Source: Azolla caroliniana
Lineage: Eukaryota > Plantae > Polypodiophyta
Direction: 5' to 3'
DNA: 64,000 nucleotides
NCBI GenBank assembly: GCA_043228905.1
Contig: JBHGNT010000003.1
Coordinates: forward strand, 8,680,001 to 8,744,000
In this document: positions 24,138-34,592 of the stretch, one piece after another
How positions within the stretch are numbered: position 1 is the stretch's first letter
Layout of the letters: every line of letters starts with the position of its first letter
Program-made: the position numbers and the translations under genes
Notes under the pieces: generated by a model
The model's input: the letters and a program-made list of their open reading frames with translations, nothing else
The model's database searches: none
What the model was told of the DNA's origin: nothing

Positions 24138-26432
24138 TCAACCCACATACTTTGCCCTCTCTACATATTTGTGTCTCATGGCTTTGACATTTTCTGCATC
24201 TTTTTGCATGCCAGCAGCTGCGAAAATGTTGGCTATGATGATATATGCTGAGGCACAATTATTATCGATTTGTATGATCTGATCAAATGCCAATGTTCCA
24301 AGCTTCACATTTCCCCATCTCCTACAAGCATCCAATAAGGCAAGCCATATCTCGACATGATCGGAAGATGGCATTATCTTAATCACTGACATTGCCTCGT
24401 CGAAATGTCCTGCCAATCCAAACACCACCACCATGCAGGTGTGATGTTCTAAATTGGGCATAATACTATATAGGGCAGACATATCGTGAAAAATAGACCT
24501 CGCCTCATCAAATAACCCTGAATGTCGGCATGCATTCAAAACACTTAAGAACGTGATCTCATTCGGAATAAGGCCCTCTCTTTGCATTTGTTTAAAACAA
24601 CTTAATGCTTTATGACTTTCTCCTCGTTGTGCATACCCTGCAATGAGGGCAGACCAAGAGACTACATTCCGAACTGGAAGTTTTTTTAGCACTTCTTGTG
24701 CCTTTGCAAGCATTCCACATTTGGCATACATATCCACCAATGTGGTGCCGAGTATAACATCTTTTTCTAATAACCCTCTATTCAAAATCTCTTCATGGAT
24801 CTGTGTTCCTTTACTAATAGCTCCAGAGCTTGCACATGCCTTGAGGATGCAAATGAAGGTGACTGTATCTGGAGAGATATTCTCATTCAGCATTTTCTCA
24901 TAAGATCTTAATGCTTCATGACCTTGCCCTTCTTGGCAATATCCAGCAATCAATACATTCCACGAAACTACATCTCGAATGGGAAGCTCTTCAAGCACTC
25001 TTTGGGCTTTTGGCAGCTCTCCACATTTCACATACATATCCACCAAAGCATTTCCTACCATAATATCACTCTCTAGTAACCCACTCTTTAAAATCTCATC
25101 ATGAATCCTTCTACCGTTCTCAATAGTGGCAGTGCTACCACATGCCTTCAAAATGCAAACAAAGGTGATTGCATTTGGAGAGACCCCTTCACTTTGCATC
25201 TTTAAAAAACATCCCAATGCTTCATCATCTTGTCCCTCTTGAGCATACCCAGTTATAAGTGCATTCCATGAAATTACATCTCGACTCGGTAGTTCTTCAA
25301 GAACTTGTCTTGCTTTCACAAGCAAACCACATTTCACATACATATCCACCAATGCATTGCCAAGCAAGATATTATTCTTGTTAAGCAAACCCCTACCAAC
25401 AATCTCTTCATGAATTTGTTTACCCTCATCAATAGCTCCGATGCTAGCACAAGCCTTTAAGATATTAATGAAGGTGACTGCGTCCGGAGAGATACCCTCA
25501 TTCTGCATTAGTGTGAAACAATGCAATGCTTCAGTGCATTGGCCTTGTTGTGCATAACCTGTAATAAGAGCATTCCACGAGACAACATTTCGAATTGGAA
25601 GCCCTTTGAGAACTTCATACGCCTTTGTAAGAATGCCACACTTTGCATACATATCAACCAATGTGGTACCGAGCATGATATCTTTGTCTAACAAGTCTCT
25701 ACGAACAATTTCATCATGGATTTGTTTTCCCTTATCTAAAGCTCTGGTGCTTCCACAAGCCTTCAAGATGCAAATAAAAGCAATTGAATCGGGCAAGATT
25801 CCTTCTCCTTTCATTTTTGCATAACAATTCAGCGCAACATCACACTTTCCCTTTTGGGCATATCCAGCTATAAGAGCCGACCAAGATACAGCATTTCGAA
25901 TCGGAATATCTTGTAGCACTATTTCAGCATCACAAATCTCGCCACATTTTGCATACATATCGATCAATGCATTACCAAGCACCACATCACTGTTTTCCTC
26001 TAATAAACCTCTATTAACAATCTCATAATGGATTTGCATACCTTTCCTCACATCTCTAACACTTCCACAAGCTTTCAATAAACAAGACAAAGTAAATGCA
26101 TTGAATGAGATACCCTCGGAAAGCATCTGATCTGAACATTTCAATGCTTCATAAGGTTGACCTTGTTGGGCATATCCGGAAATTAATGAGGACCAAGAAT
26201 ATACATCACGGTCATGTACTGGAAGTTCTTCCATCACTTTCCGGGCTTTTGAGAGTGATCCACATTTCCCATACATATTGATCAAAGATGTGGATAAACA
26301 TGGGTTGTCTTGTAAGAGAGATTTCCTCATTAGAATAGCCTCATGTAGTTTAGCTCCTTCACAAAGGTCTTTCTTCTTTGCACATGACTTGAGTAATGCA
26401 GCAAAGGTAAGAACTTCCTTATGGCTGGACAT
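24138..26432 (-). CDS. PLS-class pentatricopeptide repeat protein with E domains, no DYW (organellar RNA-editing specificity factor type), 764 aa
   Basis: Six P-L-S triplets (LxDMYxKCG / VSWNALIxGYAQxG / TFICILKAC), then L2 FLSVLNACRHSG, S2 HHTCMV, E1 IWLALLDACRRWGNV and E2 SAYIIIANIFAAAG. Single uninterrupted ORF. Confidence 0.95.
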   Translation of the reverse strand: MSSHKEVLTFAALLKSCAKKKDLCEGAKLHEAILMRKSLLQDNPCLSTSLINMYGKCGSLSKARKVMEELPVHDRDVYSWSSLISGYAQQGQPYEALKCSDQMLSEGISFNAFTLSCLLKACGSVRDVRKGMQIHYEIVNRGLLEENSDVVLGNALIDMYAKCGEICDAEIVLQDIPIRNAVSWSALIAGYAQKGKCDVALNCYAKMKGEGILPDSIAFICILKACGSTRALDKGKQIHDEIVRRDLLDKDIMLGTTLVDMYAKCGILTKAYEVLKGLPIRNVVSWNALITGYAQQGQCTEALHCFTLMQNEGISPDAVTFINILKACASIGAIDEGKQIHEEIVGRGLLNKNNILLGNALVDMYVKCGLLVKARQVLEELPSRDVISWNALITGYAQEGQDDEALGCFLKMQSEGVSPNAITFVCILKACGSTATIENGRRIHDEILKSGLLESDIMVGNALVDMYVKCGELPKAQRVLEELPIRDVVSWNVLIAGYCQEGQGHEALRSYEKMLNENISPDTVTFICILKACASSGAISKGTQIHEEILNRGLLEKDVILGTTLVDMYAKCGMLAKAQEVLKKLPVRNVVSWSALIAGYAQRGESHKALSCFKQMQREGLIPNEITFLSVLNACRHSGLFDEARSIFHDMSALYSIMPNLEHHTCMVVVFGLAGHFDEAMSVIKIMPSSDHVEIWLALLDACRRWGNVKLGTLAFDQIIQIDNNCASAYIIIANIFAAAGMQKDAENVKAMRHKYVERAKYVG

Positions 26433-29400
26433 AACTGCTTTCTTAGCCCATTAAGATATGCTTCAGGAACAGAGTATTTTCTCTCTAAGAGACCATCAAA
26501 ATGATATGCTCAGATGAAGAGTATTCTCTCGTTTTCTGTTTGAGAAAACACAATAACAATTAATTGGGAGTGAAAAACACTGCATTGGTGGTAGTAGGTA
26601 CTAGGAACTAATTTAGTGTCGCTCCCTATATTGGTAAAACCCAACATGTTGAAGTGCCAATAGACAAGAAGAACACCCCACCAAGGCTTGCCTGCCCATC
26701 CCATCTGTCTCTCCAAAGGACCTTACTCCCCCACATACATACCTTTTTTTTCCATTACTCCCTTAACTGTCCCTAGGGCAAGGGCATTTGGAGAATTAAA
26801 GAAAATAAGCTTGGGGATAAAATGGGTTTCTTCCCAGCAAAGATATCAAGAAGAACATATGAGAGGACATGTGAACAAGCAGGCGAGACGAAGACATTAT
26901 GATTGTGAGTGGGAGATTGGACAAGAAAAAGAGGAAACATGGATATACAAGATAATTGCACAAAGCATGGTTCCAAGTTCTAACTTGCAACTTTCTAGTT
27001 GTAAGGCAAATAATTTTGTTAATTAAGCTACCGACACTTAACGTAGATTATAAATATTTAGGCGCAACCTATGTGTGAGTTGAGACCCAACCTAGAGGTC
27101 ACTAGAATGGCACATGCAAATCCTTTGGAGGCAATGGGTTTTCATATATTCATAATTGTTTCTGGAAGGGTTTGTAACCAATAATGCAATATTTGGTGTA
27201 GTCTCATCCTTTGGTTACAAAAGAAATATTAGACAAGGTTCTTGTCCAACTTCTATTTATACTTCCAACTTACTTTTATTAGATACTACAGATACTACAT
27301 GGAATGATGCCATTCTTTGTGATTATTTTCGAGGGATCTTAGAGATGGTTTGAAGGATATGTTATGTTAGAAGTGAAGGGAGCTATGTTGAGGTACAAAT
27401 CTAGCTATTGAGTGCCTACGCATTACAATGATGTAAGAGAACAAAAAAGAGCAAAAACAAGACAGAAGTATAGGAGAACCTCGGGCACAAAGGGCAAAAG
27501 CAAATGGGGAATGCTTTTGCAAAGATTGGGGAAAAACAAGATGAAAGTATGCATATTGATAAAAGAATACATGCAAATGATGATAGCACATACACTATAT
27601 AGCAAAAATAGCAACAAAGCTTTTGCATGGTTATTCTAATTGTTACACCAAAGATTGTTACAAGCCCCCACTCAAGCCATTTCTAAACCCTTACTTTTCA
27701 CCCTGTATAAGCAACACAAAAGAGTGCATACTAAATTGGTTAGGCCAAATGAGGAATTCACCCACCAAATGTGCTTCTAGCAAAACAATCACACACCAAA
27801 GGCTAATTAGTTGTATGGTGGAATTGAGTAGTTGGGAGGCATGATTAGCTTTCCCATCTCCTACAAGAAGTGCATGTCACAAAAACGATAAAGAAGGCAT
27901 GATAATAATCCACCTTAGTCCACAAATTTGTAGGAGTCCATACAAATACGTATATTTAATAGAATCAATAACTTTTGAATATGTGGGTGCTTTGAAGATA
28001 TTAGTTACCATCAAATGTATACATTCAAATCCAAGAGGATTTGGTTCTAATATGAAAAACATGCTCTCCTAGACAATATGATATCTACGAGCATTGAGAT
28101 AGAGCATCTGATTTTCCTTGTGGCATTTGTGTATGATGCGTGAATAAGAAATTGAAACATGTCACCAAAGAGCTTTTGTTTACTCAAGTCATGAGTATTT
28201 TGGAAACATGTGAAGTTCTTGTAGTTAGTCATGAATAGAGTCTTTGTAACCGTATCCACTATTCTCTATCATATGCACCTACAAAGTGACCTAGTTCTTT
28301 TCCACATGCACAAGTTGATTTACAATGGGTCATGGGGGTAGCTTGGCCCGAACATCCTATGGTGGAGGAATGTGTGGAAGGTGGTGGATTTGCGAGCCAA
28401 CACATCCAACTACAATGTGTGTATGCTCTGATTGATGTTTATGGTCCTAATCCCTTTGTTGATGGCATAAATTTGAGTTTTTTTTATTCTATAGAATTCC
28501 TAGATTAGGCCCTTATAATAGGACTACTAATGCCACTCTCAATGGTTTTAGTGTTCATATGATTAAGGGGGCATTTGGTCGTGGGGGATCCTTAAGTGTA
28601 TATTTTCATTCATGTAGTTACTCTAGAGGTGGATGTTGCGAGGTGGTTGGCATTCTAGGAGTATGTGAATGTTGTAACAATGCATATTAAAGTGCTAATG
28701 AGTAAACTTGAATCTCAATTTACATTGTGGTATCTATAGGCCCCGAAGAACAAGCTTGTGTTGTGAAGGGTGGTGCTCGAAGATGTGAAGGCAAATCAAA
28801 TATTGGAGTTGCTTTTGAAAGTCTATGAATGAGTGCCTAAATTTGAGAGATATAGTGCATTCCATTACATGGCTTGGGCAAATCGTAGTTCTTTTATCAA
28901 GTTAAGGATTTGGGTGAGACAAAACATGGCTTTGGAGAGGTTTGATCAATGATTGGATGTGGAAGCATGGTGTCAAGTGTTTTGGTGGCAAAGTCTATTA
29001 AGCCCACATGGGTACATACATATGGGTTCATTGATGGCAGACTTCAAGATTGATTTTAGGTTTTCTTCCTATGGTAAGGTTTGATGGTGGCTCAATTAAT
29101 ATGCAAACTAGAGAAGGAACTAGGGTAGTGTCGAGGGAGTTGATACACTATGTAGAAGAAATTGTAGGCTTCATACATGGACAACATCTAATCAAACATT
29201 CGGTTGAAAGCACCACAAAGGGTGTCAAAAATGGGAAATTGACCAACTTATTATTGATTATACTATTAGGAAACTTGGCCATCCACCCAAACTCCATACT
29301 CTTTGAGGGGTAGACATTAGTTGTATTGAGGTGTTGGGCTAAGTGATTCACGTTCCAAACTAAGAAAATTATCGCCACATATTAAGCTTCCAAACTTTTC

Positions 29401-30845
29401 TTTTATAAAACTTACGATAAGGTTATAATATATTGTTAAAGGAAATAGTGTCATTTTTTGTTATTTTAATATCCCTATGAGTTAGAAGAAAGGTACTATA
29501 TTATAAGTTTTGATGAACGAACCTTTATTAAGAGCAATGGCTAATGCGAAATGGGCTTGTAATGTGAAAAGGACCTTTTAGGGCGTGTAACCTGTATAGA
29601 AGGGCAAGGGCTTTCATGTAAAATGGCCTTTGGGTGTCTCAACTTAGAGCTACATTTTGATTCTCATTCTTTTACCTTTGCATCCAATAGGAGACACTTT
29701 CTTCCATGCAGCTTTTCAATACTAGTTATTGAGTTGCACTACTTTTTAAACCTAATAATGATTTATTTAATTGAGACAACATATTGTTGGATTAAAAGCC
29801 CTATTCCGACCATTCTGTCCTCAGTGTGAGCACTACTTGTAGTTAGGGCTTAGTTCCTCCTTGTAAATTGTGATGAATGTAAAAGTTCTTTCTCTTTGCC
29901 ATAATTGTGTTATTGTCTCTGTATATTTTTCCTGTCTGCGCATATTGTATTGCTAACGGTACACATACTCTCACGCTTACTCTATGCTTGTTAATTCTAC
30001 AACAAGATCTATTATTGCTTTTGTATAAGCTCATCTAGTTGACCAACTTACGTACAACAGATAGTAGTCGACTAAGTCTCCATAAAGGTGACAACACATG
30101 TGTTTCTTATCTATTTAATTAAGAAAAAAGTATTTCTTAATTAGAGTAGTAATTAGGTCTATATTAATGTTAGTTTTACTTAAGAAGCCCGTGACTTTTT
30201 CATGGTTTCATGGATTGGAAAGATAAGTGACTATATGTGTTGATGTATGATGTGGAGATTAAGGTTTGAACCTTGCGCCTCTGCTTTATGAGGCATTGCA
30301 TTAATCGAAAGTTTAATCCACCTCGAATGAAAGAAAAATAGAAACTTGCCACATGTAAATGTAGATATATTAGCGAAATTATTCATTAAAGCTACTTTGT
30401 ACTATGGCTTGCTACATGGCAATCTAAAATTACCTCTTTCACACAAATAGAAAGCTCACACAGGATATGCATGTGGAAGATACACATGAGACTAGCTTAA
30501 TATAACATGAATTTACAAGAGAAGTGGGTAGAGAATGCAACATAAAAAAAAAGAACTATGACGTATTGGATGGGGGGTTAGCTTATCACTATTTATCGAT
30601 CTTGTCAATTCAAAGAATTCTCTTTAAAAACTAATGCAGTACCCATATGACTCTATTCAAGTTCAATCTAATCTAACCAAGTCATCAATACTTTTACTCC
30701 CAGCCACATTGCCAAATATCTCCTCATCGGTTGCAATGTCAGCCTGATCAAACACATGATGCAGGTGAGTTAATCCACGAGGTTCTACAACAACATGTAT
30801 CGGCTAATTAGTAGTTGGTAATGCTAGCTAACTCCCACTATCACT

Positions 30846-31180
30846 ACCACTCTTCCACAGTCTTAGCTATTTAGCTACCACTCTTCCATAACCTTAGCTA
30901 ATTAGTTACCGCTCATCCATAACCTTAGCTATTTAGCTACCACTCTTCCATAAACTTAGCTAATTAGTTACCACTCGTCCATAGACTTAGCTATTTAGTT
31001 ACCACTCTAATTAGCTACCACTCTTCCACAACCTTAACTAATTAGGAACCACGCTTCCACAACCTTAGATATTTAGCAAACACTCTTCTACAACCTTGGC
31101 TATTTAGCTACCACTCTTTCACTACCAACCTTAGCTATTTAGTTACCACTCTTCCACCTCCTTAGCTATTTAGCTACAAC
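30846..31180. repeat. 31-bp minisatellite, ~11 copies (ACCACTCTTCCAYAACCTTAGCTAWTTAGYT)
   Basis: Units read off directly; one truncated and one expanded copy. Confidence 0.92.
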
Positions 31181-34145
31181 TTTTCTATAAGAAAAGTTTA
31201 TTGCTTTACCATTCAAAGAATGAACAAGAAACAATGACATTGACTTACGTGGAGGTCTGGAACATTGTTGCTCGCAACATTTTTAAACCCTAGAAGATCC
31301 AAGTCATTGTTAGAACCGGGATCTCCATCTTTAGCTAGATCCTCCGCTCGGGATCCAATGACTCCTCCCTTTTGAACTCATGCTTAGCAATATCAATCTT
31401 GGTTCCTATTTTTGTGAATGCCATGCTGACCTTGGTTTCCATGGAAACAATCAATGTTTCTTTCTCTAGGCCAACCTTTGTTGCTTCCAATGTCTCACAA
31501 GATTCATCAACATTTTTTAGCATTGACTAAATCAATGTATCCCCTCCATTATTGACATTGGGTTTGTTGTTGTGTTGATGTGTTCTCTAGTAAGTGCGTA
31601 TTTGCTAAGAGTATGCAATTGCATCATCAACTAACATGCTCTAGAATCTTGCCATCTTTTGTTGTAGGTTCCCCATCTTGCAGAAACGCTCTATGGATGC
31701 TTCACCTGCAAGTGCCATGCTACCTTGTACAACTCTATGTTTAATTTAGTTGTTTCCTTCCTAATGTACAATTCTCGTAGGTGAATGCTTGGGCGAACGC
31801 AACTGACAACTCGTTGTTGACAGGTATCTCTTGATGCATTTTTTGGTGAAGCATCATGCAATCCTCGTAAAGCTCTGGGATTTACACGCTTCACCTTCAC
31901 CTTACCTTCAACTTTGGTTACTTTTGTAGCCTGACCCCAATCTACATCAGTAATCATTTTGCCTATTAGTACTACAGGATCAATACCCTCAAGTGACAAA
32001 CCATATACATTGTTGAAATCCTCCTTTGTCTTGTAGAACTTCGCAAAGTTCAACACACTAGGATAGGGAGGAACTAGCCACTTGAATTAAAATATCTATT
32101 ATATATATGTATATATATATTTTTAAATTGATACATACCTAGATGAAGAGGGAATTGATTGTGTTGGTGGTCGTATGAGAGTATGTTAAATTTTGAGTTT
32201 TCTTGTAGTTGGGAGTTTGTCCTCATTCACGATCATGATGCTTCATTTGTTTGAATGTTGGTGCAAAACTCAGGATCGAGAGGAGTATGGTGACATTAAA
32301 GACAGTAACATAAGTGTACAAAACCCCATGTTCCATCATGAGTGTGCCCAAATTCAACAATTTGGATATTCCCATATTTCCCTCCCCATAATAAATGATA
32401 TGTATCTTTAAGTTTTTTTCACAAAATATTAGCTAAAAAGATAGCTAATTAGCTATGGCCATTTTTGCTACATATTAGCTATACTAGTGTTTCCATCGCT
32501 ATGATTTCACCTTTAAACGATTTTAAACAACTTAATGGTCTCGAGTGACACTTTTTAAATTTTTTTTTTATACCACATTTTAAAAATGTAAATCTATAAA
32601 TTTAAGAAAGTTTGAATATATATTTGATAAATTTTGACTAACTTTTTAAAACACATAAACTGTTCTCTTCTTCTTCTTGAAAAGAAATCTCTCTTCTTTT
32701 GCTTGTGCAGGCAGTAGATACTAATTTGAGTGCATTCTAGGCACTTCCTTCTCCTCTTCTTGAGGCTAGTTGTAATAAGGAAATAAACGATAGATAGATA
32801 AGAGAAAGAGAGACAAAGAAGGGTGCAGATGCACATGACCACCCCCGAGCGAAGGGATCGAGACGAACTGAAGCGTTGATTGGCGTCCCATACCACCACC
32901 ATGGCATTGTGCTCGCCACAAGAATATGTTCACCATAAGGTCACATTGTCGATGTACTAGGCGAATAATGTGTTAATAAGGATAGTTAAGCCTCATATTT
33001 ATAGCCAAACCTAAGGCCCCTATGCAGGATCACACTTGGCCCTTATGGGTTGTCTCAATCCCTAAGATTAAAAGTAATGCTCCCTTCTTTACACTCTCAA
33101 TTAATCATCTCATTTTTATCCTCGTGTGTAGAATACTACGATACAAACTACCAAGGGATAAATTATGGTTATGTCCATAACATACTCCCCCTCTTTGAAA
33201 CATTGCACTCTTGCAATGAAAAGTTAGGGAAGTTAGTTTTAATGATGTTTTCATGTTCCCATGTAGCATCTTTTATAGACATCCATCCATTTAATTTTAA
33301 ATTCTCAGATTATTGTAGATCAAAAATGTTTGTTTTAACATCGAGAATTTTCTTTGGCGCATGTGTTTTAGAAGTTAAATCTTCAGAAGTAACCGGAGTT
33401 TCAGTTGGAACCGTGTTATTGGGAAAACTAAGAAGTACTTTTAAATGATTTACATGAAAAACTGGATGGTTTCAACACCATTAAGAAGAGCAAGATGATA
33501 GGCTAATGATCCAATTCATTTGAGGATTGTGAAAGGTTCACAAAACCATGGGGCTAACTTAGCGCACTTACTCATAGACAATGTCTTAGAATCATGTGTT
33601 ACACACAGAAATACCTTTTGTCCAAGGTTGAATACACGAGGTTGCCTATTATGGTCGGCATAAGAACGTGCTCTATTTTGAGCTATTTTTATCTTAGCTT
33701 GTGCAATACGCAACATATCTTGCATATCCCTTAGAAAGTTTTGTCTACTTCTCAACTCATCAGGATGTATATTAACATCAATCAAGACTTGTGACCAAAA
33801 GACATACATTATAAAAGGACTATATCCAGTCAATGTATGTTGTTTGGAGCTGTTATAAGAAAACTCCAAAATTGGGAGATAAGGTTCCCATTTTATTGGC
33901 TTTGTAGCAACGTATGGTCGAAGCATGTCCTCAATAATTTGATTTACGTGTTTTGTCTGTCCATTGAGGGTGATTCGTTGAGGTCATGCTCAAGGTAGAT
34001 TCTAACTTCTTAAAGACTTGTGTCAAAAAGTCGCGAATAACTTTGAATCTAGATCACTCATAGTATCCATTGGTAACCCATAAAAACTAGAACAACTCAT
34101 GAATGAGTTGGTAAACCAATTTAGGAGTTGTTATTGTGGTTATAG

Positions 34146-34569
34146 TGTTATTGATTAGGAACACCGTCTGCAGTCAGTCCTTCAACCTAGACCTCCAAGT
34201 GATTGTGAAACAACGAATGGTGGCGTCTATGCGTACTACGTAGGGGAATGTTCCCCGTAACCTAGCAGCGTATAAGGGAGACGACTACAACCGACTCCGT
34301 AGCAGTGGTTACACTCACAGGTATTCCAGACACACAGTAGATTAGCCGTAGCTATACACTGATTTTCAGAGAAGATAGAAATCTATTACGATACGCTTCT
34401 TTACATTCCAAAATACACGCCCCTTCTATCAGAGGTTTTTTGCCCTTTATATACGCAGGGTCTATTTAGCTGTTCACGCTTCCTACGTGAACCGTTACAT
34501 GCGTTATGATCTTATACTATTTCTTATTCCTACACTCTTGTCCGTCGGTTACTATTCCGGCGGACAACA
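34146..34569 (-). repeat. 3' LTR (424 bp)
   Basis: Direct repeat of 42713-43150, lacking a 14-bp segment. Confidence 0.96.
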
Positions 34570-34592
34570 CCTGGCACGTCGGACCCATCCCG

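Noticed and set aside
26570-30100. Possible decayed retroelement with LTR-like block from ~29586
   Set aside because: No recognisable domain motifs, paired LTR or TSD could be confirmed by eye.
30846-31180. Minisatellite as a CRISPR-like array
   Set aside because: Units are contiguous with no unique spacers, the context is eukaryotic and there are no cas genes.
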